Virus record (IMG/VR): IMGVR_UViG_3300029811_000124
Coordinates: 1-53,502 of that record
Source of the DNA: a virus
Lineage: Duplodnaviria; Caudoviricetes
Length of the DNA: 53,502 bases
Strand: one strand, 5' to 3'
Shown: positions 1 through 9,721 of the stretch, piece after piece
How positions within the stretch are numbered: position 1 is the first letter of the stretch
Layout: every line of letters begins with the position of its first letter
Made by a program: the position numbers and the translations under genes
The notes under the pieces: generated by a model
Databases searched by the model: none
Seen by the model: only the letters and a program-made list of their open reading frames with translations
What the model was told of the DNA's origin: nothing

Positions 1-173
1 CACTTCCTCCAATTAATATTAATCATAAATATCTCTCCTAAAATATCTTTTTTGTTTGGGAGGAGATAAATAAATAACTCTTTTTCCCAAATTTTCTATT
101 TCATCAATTATCTCATTTATTTTTTCTGCTATTTTTTCCAGTTTAGTTTTATTTTCACTTGTAAGTTTTTCTA

Positions 174-1367
174 TCATTTTACTTCCTCCAATATTTTTAA
201 TCCTTTTTTTAGATCATCCTTAGATATTATCAAAGGAGGGGCTATCTTTATTGATTCTCTTCCTGTTTTGATTAATAATAAACCTTTTTCCATAGCTTTA
301 TAACACACTTTGGTGGCATACTCTTCACTTTCAGTTACTATTCCTGCCAATAACCCTTTGCCATTTATTTCACAATTTGGAAATATTTCTTTTAATCTTT
401 TATGTAATAAACAACCTTTAGATTTTACTGATGGTAATATTTTTAATATCTCTTTAAAGTTTGCCAATCCCACTGCACAACATAAAGGATTAGCTGAATG
501 AGTTGAAGACATACTTCCTTCTTCTGGTGTATCTAATATTTCCTTTCTACCTATAACTCCTGCCATTGGTAAACTGCTAGTAAATCCTTTACCTACACAA
601 ATTAAATCAGGCTCTATATCATAATGCATATAATTAAACAATTTACCTGTTCTTCCCATTCCTCCCTGTATTTCATCAAAACACACTAGAATATCATTTC
701 TTTTACACCATTTAATCAAATCTTGTATATATTTATTAGGATAAAATCTAGCACTCCAACCTTGATATGTTTCTATTATGATTCCTGCAATATCTTGAGC
801 ACTATAAAATAATTCATTGGGGTTAAATTCATCTCCATTATTTGGGAAATTTAACCAACAAATTTCAGGCATATCTTTCCCAAATGCCCATCTATTATTT
901 TTTCCTTTTCCCTTTAATTGTTCAGCTAACATAGTTCTACCATGCATTGCTCCTTCAAAGGAAATAATAAACCTTTTACCTCTATGAAAGTTTTTCATTC
1001 CATACATTTTCATCATTTTAACTGCCGCTTCTGTAGCCTCCGTTCCAGAAGATACTAAAAAAGCTTTTTCACAAAAAGAAGGAGTATTTTCAATTAAATA
1101 TTTAAGGAATTTAGCTTTAATTTCTGTATTAAAAGTATAGGAGTGTAATAACCAATCATCACATTGTTTTTTTATCGCTTCTATTATTTTAGGGTTGGAA
1201 TGTCCGATATTTGTGACAGCAATTCCAGAAGTGAAATCCAGATACTTTTTTCCTTGTAAACCATATACATAGCTACCGTTGGCAGAATTCCACACTACAG
1301 GAAGATTATTACGCATACTACGTGCCTCAAACCTGTATATTGCACCAATTACTTCTTTTTCTGTCAT
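174..1367 (-). CDS. PLP-dependent class III aminotransferase (ArgD/GabT-like)
   Basis: Motifs YLDFTSGIAVTNIGH, SGTEATEAA, FEGAMHGRT, FDEIQGGMGRTG, PDLICVGKG. Start placed at MTEKEV (ATG 1367, GGAG upstream) rather than the 1499 of the ORF track. Confidence 0.9.
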   Translation of the reverse strand: MTEKEVIGAIYRFEARSMRNNLPVVWNSANGSYVYGLQGKKYLDFTSGIAVTNIGHSNPKIIEAIKKQCDDWLLHSYTFNTEIKAKFLKYLIENTPSFCEKAFLVSSGTEATEAAVKMMKMYGMKNFHRGKRFIISFEGAMHGRTMLAEQLKGKGKNNRWAFGKDMPEICWLNFPNNGDEFNPNELFYSAQDIAGIIIETYQGWSARFYPNKYIQDLIKWCKRNDILVCFDEIQGGMGRTGKLFNYMHYDIEPDLICVGKGFTSSLPMAGVIGRKEILDTPEEGSMSSTHSANPLCCAVGLANFKEILKILPSVKSKGCLLHKRLKEIFPNCEINGKGLLAGIVTESEEYATKVCYKAMEKGLLLIKTGRESIKIAPPLIISKDDLKKGLKILEEVK

Positions 1368-1607
1368 TTTTATTTTCTCCATTTTAAACTTCTTGATTTT
1401 CATATTCACAATAAAATCCTTGTTCCAGTTTATTACTGTTCCCGTTATAATACATACAATATTCTCTACAAAAAAAGAAATCAACTTTTGGATGTTCACC
1501 TTTAATAATCATTGGACAATTGAATATTTGATTAAATGGAATACCTATTACTTTTTTCATTTTACGTGTCCTACTTTTATCTTGATCACTCCATTTTTCT
1601 GTCATTT

Positions 1608-1811
1608 TCATTTCCCCCATTTAACTCTATCCCAAGCGAGCTCATGAAAATAATAGCAAATGGTTTCCACTATTTCTATTGCCACACCTATTATTCCTGC
1701 TTGTTCTACAGAAACTTTATATCCAAGCAAATGACCTGCTATATAAACAATAATACTATGAACAAAGAGGTCGATGATGAGGTAGGTTAACGTTTTTACA
1801 ACAGTTCTCAT
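1608..1811 (-). CDS. DUF2061-like small membrane protein
   Basis: RTVVKTLTY ... YYFHELAWDRVKWG pattern with two hydrophobic segments. Confidence 0.7.
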   Translation of the reverse strand: MRTVVKTLTYLIIDLFVHSIIVYIAGHLLGYKVSVEQAGIIGVAIEIVETICYYFHELAWDRVKWGK

Positions 1812-2123
1812 TTTAAATTTATTCCATTGTAATAGTCAAATTACACGCTACAGCCCACATAATTCCAAATAAAAACATTAATGAAAGTAAAATTTGTTTG
1901 GTAATTACAAAAGTTATTATAGCTGGAATCATTCCACAAATAAATGCTATTTTAAATCCTTTTAAACCTCTTTTATATTCTTCCATTTTTATCTCCAAAT
2001 TTTAGGTTGACCAAAAGCTCCTTTGGTTATAGGTTTTTTCTTTTTTACATTAAAAAATTTCTTATATTTTCTTCTTTCCATCCAAGATATCCATTGTTTA
2101 AACATATTCATAATATTCACTCC

Positions 2124-2954
2124 TCACTTCCAGTTTATTTCAGCCTCACCCTTCGGACCCTGTGTTTTTGTTGTAATATCCTCTTTATCTTCAAAACTCT
2201 CTACTGTTTTTAATCTAGTTTTTGAAAGAGTAAATGGTTTTAATCTTGTTCCTGCTGGTCCATAACATCCATAACCTTCTTTAACCCAAGCATCTTCTAA
2301 TACCTGTCTATCAGCAACATAATATTGTCTCAACATACTCTTATGTTCTAATCCTATATGACACTCTCTATGATGTATATAAACATAAGCATCTCTAGCA
2401 GGTATAACAGTTCCTCCTACACCATAAACTCTCATAATTATATCATTTTCTCCTTGACCACTAATAAAGTTTCTATCATATCCTCCAAGTTCAAAAAATA
2501 ATTCTCTATTCATTAAAGCCATTGGAGCCATTATAGGAGTATCATTCCATTTACCAAAGAATCTATGTTGATGCCAAACATCTCTTCCATCTTCAATAGT
2601 ATGCATAGAAACTATAGCTTTTTTACTATTTGCGTCTTTATAATATTTATATGCTTTATCTAAATTCTTTTGAGGGAGTCCTATTGTTTTTAAACTGTAA
2701 GTGGCATCATCTGTTGACCATCCGCACAATAAGCCACTAGCATAGTTAGCGGAGATTTGGTAACATTGTGCCGGCTTACACGCAGCTTCAATATATTTAA
2801 ATTCTGGATATTTAGATAAATCAAAAGTTGGTTTATTTGGTCCAGCAAATATTACCTCATATGGTATTGTGTTATCCTTTAAAGAATCTAAAAATTTAAC
2901 CCAATCCTTTGGACGAGCTGCACTAGCGAACAAACTTACTAAAGGTTTCTCCAT
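2124..2954 (-). CDS. Glycosyltransferase family 2-like protein
   Basis: PLVSLF N-terminus, YEVIF, TDDA (DxD-like), FFELGGYDRNF..GENDIIMR motif. Start at MEKPLVS. Confidence 0.75.
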   Translation of the reverse strand: MEKPLVSLFASAARPKDWVKFLDSLKDNTIPYEVIFAGPNKPTFDLSKYPEFKYIEAACKPAQCYQISANYASGLLCGWSTDDATYSLKTIGLPQKNLDKAYKYYKDANSKKAIVSMHTIEDGRDVWHQHRFFGKWNDTPIMAPMALMNRELFFELGGYDRNFISGQGENDIIMRVYGVGGTVIPARDAYVYIHHRECHIGLEHKSMLRQYYVADRQVLEDAWVKEGYGCYGPAGTRLKPFTLSKTRLKTVESFEDKEDITTKTQGPKGEAEINWK

Positions 2955-3128
2955 TTTTATTTTTCTCCTTTTTCTATTTTTTCCACTTTTTCCACTTTTT
3001 CTACTGTCAAAAATGCCCAACCTAAAGGTTGATTTCCAGCATACAAAGCTCCATTTTTCCAAGTTACTTTAAAAATACCTTCATTTGTTTTAACCATATC
3101 TCCAATTCTCACCTTTTTATCGTTATTG

Positions 3129-3473
3129 TCATATATAAAATAGTCTTCTGCTTTCATCTTTTTCTTGGTGTTTTTTGTTTTTTTTCTGTTTTTTTTCTGT
3201 TTTTTTTCTTATAAATCTTGCTCTAGCTATCTTTTTTCTATTAATTTTAGATTTCTCTTTATCTGTAATTCCTTCTTGTATATTTTTTTCATATCCTGAA
3301 TGTCCTTTTAATTTTTCCAATCTCTCTTGTTGTTCTTTTTGATATTCTTTATTCTTATTCCACAGTTCTTTAATTTTCTTTCTTTGAATTTCCTTCTTTC
3401 CTGCTCTCAATAGTTGAGTTGTTTTATTTTTAGCCTTTTTGTGTTCCGTTCTTCGTCTTTTACTGTGAGCCAT
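3129..3473 (-). CDS. Highly basic Lys/Arg-rich hypothetical protein
   Basis: Composition; GGAG RBS. Confidence 0.5.
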   Translation of the reverse strand: MAHSKRRRTEHKKAKNKTTQLLRAGKKEIQRKKIKELWNKNKEYQKEQQERLEKLKGHSGYEKNIQEGITDKEKSKINRKKIARARFIRKKTEKKQKKNKKHQEKDESRRLFYI

Positions 3474-3727
3474 ATTTATTCTCCTTCAATTGCTATACCT
3501 ATTATTCCTGATTTATAACTATATTTCTTTTTGAATGTTTACTATAGTATACCCCAAAATATTCTTTAATTTGATATAGTAAATCTCTCATAGATTCCAA
3601 GTCACTGAATTCATTTTCGCCTTCTGCTACTACAACAGAAGTTTCTTCTTCTGCTCCATTAAATTTACCTTTTAAAATATAACCATTTTCAACTCTTTCT
3701 ATTTCCAATTTCCACATTTTAACCTCC

Positions 3728-6079
3728 TCAGAACCTCCTAAAACCGCGAAAAGAAGAATCTTCCTTTAAATACAACTCTTTAGCTTGTTTTCTCATATAT
3801 CCTGCATGTTTGGAATAATAATTATTTATTAATTTGCAGTTAGCTTTATAAAGTAATTTGTTAGCCTGTTTCTTGCTAATATCTTCCATAAAATTAACGG
3901 ACATTAAATCGGAATTAATATGTTTTATGTAAAAGTCTTCACAATCCTTTATTAATCCTTTTTCTATTGCATAATAATATAATGGACATCCTGGGTATGG
4001 AGTACAAAATCGAATAGTCCTTAATTGGGCACAATCATCATATTTAAGTAGGAATTCTACATCTTTTTTTAAAGTTTCCTCTGTATCTCCTCTACTTCCC
4101 CACATAATATTGAGCCCGGAACTGATCTTCTCCTTTAAAGTTGCTTCAACTCCTTTTATTATTATATCAGTAGTAAGGGCTTTATTCATTAACTTCAACA
4201 CTTTATTATCCATAGCTTCTACACCATAGTTAATAAATATACAACCAGCTCTTTTCATTATTTTTAATACTTTTGGAGTTGCATAATTTAACCTACCATT
4301 ACAATGCCATTTAATGTTCAATTCAGATTTAATTATTGCTTCACAAAAACTTATAGTCCTTTGTTCGGAAGACATTAATAATTCATCAGAAAAATCTATA
4401 GCATTAATATTGAAAGCTTTTTTTAAATATCTTATTTCATCTAATATAGCTTCATGATTTCTAGGTCTAAACTTTTTGTCCATTCTAAAACAGAACGAGC
4501 AATTATGTACTAAAACTTGATTGGCAAAAAACCAATTGTATCCAGGAACTTCCATACAGTAAGTGTCTTCTTTTTTATCTAACCATTCTACTCTTACTAC
4601 TTTATGGTTGATTTCTTTTTTATTTTTCCTTCTTGTTTCTAACATTTTTCTAACAGTATCAGGATTTTTCATTGGATTATCATCTGATAACATTCTTTTT
4701 CTAGCACCTTCTGCTATATTTATATTTCCTATATTTGGGTGAGATATTTTTTTATATTTTTCTTTTAATGTTTCTCCCATTTTTTTAGCAATAGTTTTAT
4801 CTTTCATAGGATTTTTATTTTTCATCCTTTCCGAATGTCTTTTTTTATTTTTTTCAGACATAGGATGTCCCTTTAATATACCGTCTTCCCATAATTTTTT
4901 TATTCTTTTTCTTATATCTTTTAAATGATATTTTTTTGTATGCTCACTTTTTGTTGTAAGTTTTAAATTTAAAATTAGGTTATTTTCTTTGTTATGGTCA
5001 ATGTGATGTATACACTCATGTTTTTTCAGCTTTCTACCAATAAAACTTTCTATTATTAAAATGTGCTTTTTAATGCGTTGATATTTCCCAAATTTAATAT
5101 CAATATATCCATTAAATTTTTTGTATTTTATAGCTCTAACCCTTTGTTTAGTTTTTAAATATTGAGCTTCCATTTCCTTTTCTTTTGTTATTTTATGTTG
5201 ATTCCCTGTTTTAAAAGTCATAAATTTATGGTCTGGAGTGCAATCTATAAAAGAACCATCATCAAAATGCACTCTAACTAATTCAGCTTTTTCTCTAGTT
5301 AGTGAAATATTTTTTGCTTTAGCATAAATTAAATCTTTTGTTTTAGGATTTCTAGTTAAAACACTAACATTTTTACCTATTAAATCTTTAATTTTCTGTT
5401 GCCCCATTTCTAAAGTATCTATTAAAGTATCTCCTTGTAGGCAATTAAATTTACAACCTCTCCCGGAAAGAACCGGTAGCATGAAATCCTCAGAATTTAT
5501 GTGAACATATCTTTGTAATCTATAAAAATATATAGGAAATTTTTTATAAGCAGGCCAAGGTATACTATCTATATCTTTAATTAAAGGTCTATCTTCATTT
5601 ATAGTTACTTCATTTGTTATTGGATTCCTAAAAGCAATACCTTTAATATTATCAGGTTTACCATTATTAGATATTTCCTTTAATAATTCAACTACAGTTT
5701 CCTCACCTTCCGATCTCACAACAATATCCGCTTGCATTTTTTTAAGATAAAATTCTGGTTCGGGACTAGGTCCGTGTCCTCCTAATATATATATAGGTCT
5801 ATCTTTAGCTTCATTAATAGCTTTAGATATTTTTTTTAATTTTTGATATTGATAATATCCAGCTATTATATTTACTCCTATAACATCATAGTGACTTCTA
5901 TTGAGAAACCAAGTAATATGTTCATCTGGAGAATGATGTAAATCTTGAGTATAAATATCAACATGATATCCCTCCTTAATTAAAGTTCCAGCTATATAAG
6001 CTAGTCCTTGAGGGAAAGGAGGGATAAAATTGCCTGAATCATAAACCAAGAGCAATATCCTTGTTTTATTTAGCATCAT
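3728..6079 (-). CDS. B12-binding domain radical SAM protein, intein-containing
   Basis: PQGLAYIAG, ILGGHGPS, VRSEGEETV (B12-binding); GRGCKFN-[intein]-CSFC reconstitutes CxxxCxxC; YGVEA and TPYPGCPLY. Confidence 0.92.
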   Translation of the reverse strand: MMLNKTRILLLVYDSGNFIPPFPQGLAYIAGTLIKEGYHVDIYTQDLHHSPDEHITWFLNRSHYDVIGVNIIAGYYQYQKLKKISKAINEAKDRPIYILGGHGPSPEPEFYLKKMQADIVVRSEGEETVVELLKEISNNGKPDNIKGIAFRNPITNEVTINEDRPLIKDIDSIPWPAYKKFPIYFYRLQRYVHINSEDFMLPVLSGRGCKFNCLQGDTLIDTLEMGQQKIKDLIGKNVSVLTRNPKTKDLIYAKAKNISLTREKAELVRVHFDDGSFIDCTPDHKFMTFKTGNQHKITKEKEMEAQYLKTKQRVRAIKYKKFNGYIDIKFGKYQRIKKHILIIESFIGRKLKKHECIHHIDHNKENNLILNLKLTTKSEHTKKYHLKDIRKRIKKLWEDGILKGHPMSEKNKKRHSERMKNKNPMKDKTIAKKMGETLKEKYKKISHPNIGNINIAEGARKRMLSDDNPMKNPDTVRKMLETRRKNKKEINHKVVRVEWLDKKEDTYCMEVPGYNWFFANQVLVHNCSFCFRMDKKFRPRNHEAILDEIRYLKKAFNINAIDFSDELLMSSEQRTISFCEAIIKSELNIKWHCNGRLNYATPKVLKIMKRAGCIFINYGVEAMDNKVLKLMNKALTTDIIIKGVEATLKEKISSGLNIMWGSRGDTEETLKKDVEFLLKYDDCAQLRTIRFCTPYPGCPLYYYAIEKGLIKDCEDFYIKHINSDLMSVNFMEDISKKQANKLLYKANCKLINNYYSKHAGYMRKQAKELYLKEDSSFRGFRRF
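4502..5443 (-). mobile_element. Intein (314 aa) with HNH endonuclease insert
   Basis: Starts CLQGDT, block B CTPDHKF, internal IHHIDHNKENN, ends FFANQVLVHN followed by C+1. Confidence 0.92.
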
Positions 6080-6644
6080 TATAATCTTTGTTCATTTCAG
6101 ATTCTGATATTGTTCTATTTTTATTTTTAATTCTTTGAGATAAACTTGGAGAAACTACTCTATTTTTACTTTTTGCCTTTTCAACTATCTTTTGTTTTGT
6201 TTTAGCTACATTAGATATTTTAATTTTAGGTCTTTTTCCTTTACTATCTCCCAATTTCTCTACTAATTTAATTAAATTACCATCAAAATCTTTACAGAAA
6301 CAAATTTTAAATTCTCCAGTTTCATCTACTGTTGGTTCTGAAATAAACCTCACCTTAGATTCTAAAAGAGATGTATAAACATCATCAATATTATTTACAC
6401 TAAAAGCTATATGATTCCATTTACCCTTTTCAAAATCTCTAGGCATAACATAAAGCTCAATTATAATATTACCTTTACCTACTTTTATATAATTAAGATT
6501 TTTTATTTTTAAAACTTTATTGGAAAAATTCTCATTTGCCATCCCTTTTTCCATAACCTTAAATCCCAATATATTACAATAAAAATCTAGAGCTTTCTTT
6601 TCATTTTTAACACTCAATCCAACTTGTACTATTTCTTTAAACAT
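6066..6644 (-). CDS. VOC/glyoxalase-family protein with basic C-terminal tail
   Basis: VGLSVKN..KALDFYCNILGF, IELY, NHIAFSV, FCKDFDGNLIKLVE. Confidence 0.85.
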   Translation of the reverse strand: MFKEIVQVGLSVKNEKKALDFYCNILGFKVMEKGMANENFSNKVLKIKNLNYIKVGKGNIIIELYVMPRDFEKGKWNHIAFSVNNIDDVYTSLLESKVRFISEPTVDETGEFKICFCKDFDGNLIKLVEKLGDSKGKRPKIKISNVAKTKQKIVEKAKSKNRVVSPSLSQRIKNKNRTISESEMNKDYNDAK

Positions 6645-6861
6645 TATTTACCTCCTGTTTTCCTTTGTTTTTTTACTTTAAAAACCTATTTCCATAAAAA
6701 ACAATAAAATTAGCTGTACTAAATAAAATATTAATAAGACCTTGATGATGTTTACCTAATATTAGACAACATATTCCTGCCACTAAAAACGTTCCACATG
6801 CCAGTGGTTGACATATATCTAGTATTAATTTAACCATATTCTTCTCCTTTTTTAGCATCAG

Positions 6862-6988
6862 TTACCAGAATAGTGTTTAAGAGTATCCACGGAATACTCT
6901 TAAATAGCACGAGGATAGGTCTAGAATCGATTTTAGTAGTAAAATCGTATATCTCCACTTATAAAAGGAAACTACGCTTAAAACGCAT
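6862..6988. repeat. Intergenic element, copy A (inverted copy B at 45932-46034)
   Basis: 6862-6880 plus 6905-6937 match the reverse complement of 45983-46034 at 51/52 nt; AAACGCAT follows 43 nt later in both copies. Confidence 0.9.
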
Positions 6989-6998
6989 CCTAAGAACA

Positions 6999-7448
6999 TT
7001 AAATTGTATTTCGATAATCTCTTATCTTAATGTAAGATTCATAGTAAAGTATATCTGTCTTTTTCAATTTCTTTATATAACCTCTCTTAACCATTCTATC
7101 AATCATAGTTTTATACAGTTTTGGGTAATGTTTTTTCATCATTTTAACAGAGAATTTTTCAGCTTGATATTCACTTTCTATTTTTTGTTTATCTGTTCTA
7201 TAAGGTAATTTGTTGAGGAAATGTCCTAATTCATGAAAAAGGGTATTAATTAAATTAAAATCTTCTAATTGCCCCAACCTTCTAGAATGATATACTAAAC
7301 AAATGTTTTCGTTATCCCATTCGCTTAAAGAAACCGCACAATCACATCTATTGTCTTTAAGTATAGGTATACTTTTAGCAAGATTTAATCTTCCTACCCA
7401 ATAGTGAAATAATCTGATAAATTGTGTGGCTTTAGTTTCTTTTTTCAT
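6999..7448 (-). CDS. HExxH zinc metallopeptidase-like protein (ImmA/IrrE-like)
   Basis: TLFHELGH followed by ESEYQAEKF. Confidence 0.6.
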   Translation of the reverse strand: MKKETKATQFIRLFHYWVGRLNLAKSIPILKDNRCDCAVSLSEWDNENICLVYHSRRLGQLEDFNLINTLFHELGHFLNKLPYRTDKQKIESEYQAEKFSVKMMKKHYPKLYKTMIDRMVKRGYIKKLKKTDILYYESYIKIRDYRNTI

Positions 7449-7876
7449 TTGCTATCTAATGCCTTTCCACAAAAATCACATATCAATCTTTGTCCATCAA
7501 AATGACCTGGAGCCCACATATAATCCATCCACTCTGAAGTAGGGTGGTTACAGTATTCTTGTAATTTTTCTATTTCTCTTTTATGTCTATTCCTCATTTC
7601 TTCAATGTTTTCCATATTATATCACCTCTATTACTATTTTACCTTTACGAGCTTTAATTTTAATTTTTGAGCCTTTTATATAATCATACATTAATTTTGT
7701 CAAATTATGATTGTCTAGAATTAATCCTAATTCTTCATTCAAAAGATCATCCCAATTACAAGTATAAGTATCTTCAAATTCTTCATCCCAAATTTCTCCA
7801 GTTCCAAGAATTGGTGATATTATGTTATCTTTTTGTTGGATTCCTCTTTCCATTCCTTTATTACCATCTACATTAG

Positions 7877-8533
7877 TCATTTCTTTCTCCTACTTAATAT
7901 GTCCCATATAGGAATCTTTCTTTTGAATTCCCTTGAGGCCTGAAAATGTCTTATTACTACTCCCTCATCCGATATAAAAGGTTTCCTTCCTTGAGGGAGA
8001 GTATTTATATAACAATAGGTTAAGGGTAATTCGTAAATTTTAATATCTTTTCTAGTTTTTAGTATTTTATCTAAACAGACCTGCTCCCAAACATTACCTT
8101 CCATTGATTTTCTATACCACTCTTCACATAAATTTCTAACATGTGGTCGATTTCTTGCCATAAATGTTCCTGTCAACAATTCCCTTACTTTGCTACCTGG
8201 ATAGTTATACCAAGTCTCCCAATTTAATCTATGAAAAGCCAAATCATACTCTGGAGGAATCTCCTCAAAAAGCACCGGGGTTTTTTCAATAATACAATCA
8301 ACGTCTAAAAGAACCAGATTATAAGGAAAAGGATAATCTACCAAATGTTCAAGTAGAAAAATTGCTTTATAAGCAGTATTTTTATACCAATTGCCCAAAT
8401 TAGGAACTTCTTTAACACTATAGTTGAGATTAAATCTCTTTAAAGAAGGTATTAATTTCTCTTCTGCAATGTTCTTATAAGGGGTGTTCTGAGTCCAATA
8501 TCCTAAAAATATAGTATGTTTCATATTATTCAT
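7877..8533 (-). CDS. Nucleotide-diphospho-sugar transferase (GT-A fold)
   Basis: YKAIFLL, VLLDVD (DxD), LTGTF, WEQ..L, LP..YC, IRHFQASR. Confidence 0.7.
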   Translation of the reverse strand: MNNMKHTIFLGYWTQNTPYKNIAEEKLIPSLKRFNLNYSVKEVPNLGNWYKNTAYKAIFLLEHLVDYPFPYNLVLLDVDCIIEKTPVLFEEIPPEYDLAFHRLNWETWYNYPGSKVRELLTGTFMARNRPHVRNLCEEWYRKSMEGNVWEQVCLDKILKTRKDIKIYELPLTYCYINTLPQGRKPFISDEGVVIRHFQASREFKRKIPIWDILSRRKK

Positions 8534-9045
8534 AATAATTTTAAATGTCCCGTTATCTTATCAATATCTTCTGATTTGGCTGGTCCAATAGCTACTGCTG
8601 TTAATGTTGGTTTATTTACTTTCATTTCCCCAGTTCCTTGACATTTAAAACAAAGAGCGTTATTACCTTCTCCAGTTTCAACATAACCGTCCCCATCACA
8701 ATTATCACATATAATATCTTCTTTAAATTCAGTATTTCCGCAATCTTCTATTATAGCACAAGGTAATTTTGTAGCTTTAGCGTCTTGGTATAAACAAACT
8801 AGTTTTTCTTCTGAATCACAGCCAACTACTATTTTGGTGAATTTGCCTTTTAACCACTCTTTAATATCATCTTTATTTGTTAAATCTATTTCCAATTTAC
8901 ATATTTTATACTTGTCAGCTTCAATTTTAGTAATAATTTTGCATATATTTAATAACACCTTCATACTTGCATGAGCCCCTTGAGACACCATTTTTCCTTT
9001 CCTCATATTGAGATCCTTCCGTAAAATGATTACTTGCTTAATCAT
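8530..9045 (-). CDS. pth2: Peptidyl-tRNA hydrolase Pth2 with CxxCxGxG zinc-finger insert
   Basis: KQVIILRKDLNMRKGKMVSQGAHAS, KIVV, IIEDCGNTE, TAVAIGP, IDKITGHLKLL. Confidence 0.92.
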   Translation of the reverse strand: MIKQVIILRKDLNMRKGKMVSQGAHASMKVLLNICKIITKIEADKYKICKLEIDLTNKDDIKEWLKGKFTKIVVGCDSEEKLVCLYQDAKATKLPCAIIEDCGNTEFKEDIICDNCDGDGYVETGEGNNALCFKCQGTGEMKVNKPTLTAVAIGPAKSEDIDKITGHLKLL

Positions 9046-9721
9046 TTTTTTCTATCCTCTTGAAAAACTCCGAATAGTCAATCTTTTCAAATTGGTAAAT
9101 ATGGCTACTAGGACTAACATTTACTATCTTACAATCTTCTTTATTATATAAGTCAAAATCTTTAATTTTCTTATTTGGAGTATTATTTTGGTTGAGATAT
9201 ATTTCAGGGTTACCTGCTCCAGTAGAATATATATTTAATTCCTTTATTTTATCCTGATAACAATGAGTCTTTCTATTTGCTATACTAGTTGATCCCCAGT
9301 CAAATCCCAGAATATAGGCTATATCAAACTTTTCTCTAACCGCTAAAGATAGTGCAAACATTCCTACTAATCCATTGGCACCTATAAATATATGGCTAAC
9401 TTTTTCCATTTTTTCTTTATAAAATTCTTTCTCTCTACAAACATCATATTGTTGTATAATATCTCCAAAAAAAGCATAATGAGCGTGTCTTTTACAACAT
9501 AATATTACTCCCTTTTTTGACATATTTTGTATAGCTGCTCCATTACGTCTAAAGAAACTTATATCCACCCATAGTTGCCTGGTTGGTAATAAATCTGAAG
9601 GAAATATTCTATATATACTATTTAAACTCCATATTTCTTTACCTTTTATTTTTTCCCATAGACCTTTACTTATACCATCTTCTATAGATGTTCCGGCTCC
9701 GAGTATGATTACACTTTTCAT
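9038..9721 (-). CDS. MAF/MptE-like (sialyltransferase-like fold) protein
   Basis: IILGAGTSI ... SLN ... ALSLA ... YILGFDW ... IVNVSPSS..FEKI pattern. Confidence 0.55.
   Translation of the reverse strand: MKSVIILGAGTSIEDGISKGLWEKIKGKEIWSLNSIYRIFPSDLLPTRQLWVDISFFRRNGAAIQNMSKKGVILCCKRHAHYAFFGDIIQQYDVCREKEFYKEKMEKVSHIFIGANGLVGMFALSLAVREKFDIAYILGFDWGSTSIANRKTHCYQDKIKELNIYSTGAGNPEIYLNQNNTPNKKIKDFDLYNKEDCKIVNVSPSSHIYQFEKIDYSEFFKRIEKND

Noticed and set aside
2955-3062. N-terminal extension of the GT2 ORF (and 1368-1499 of the aminotransferase)
   Set aside because: They overlap upstream genes in another frame; better RBS-linked starts lie downstream
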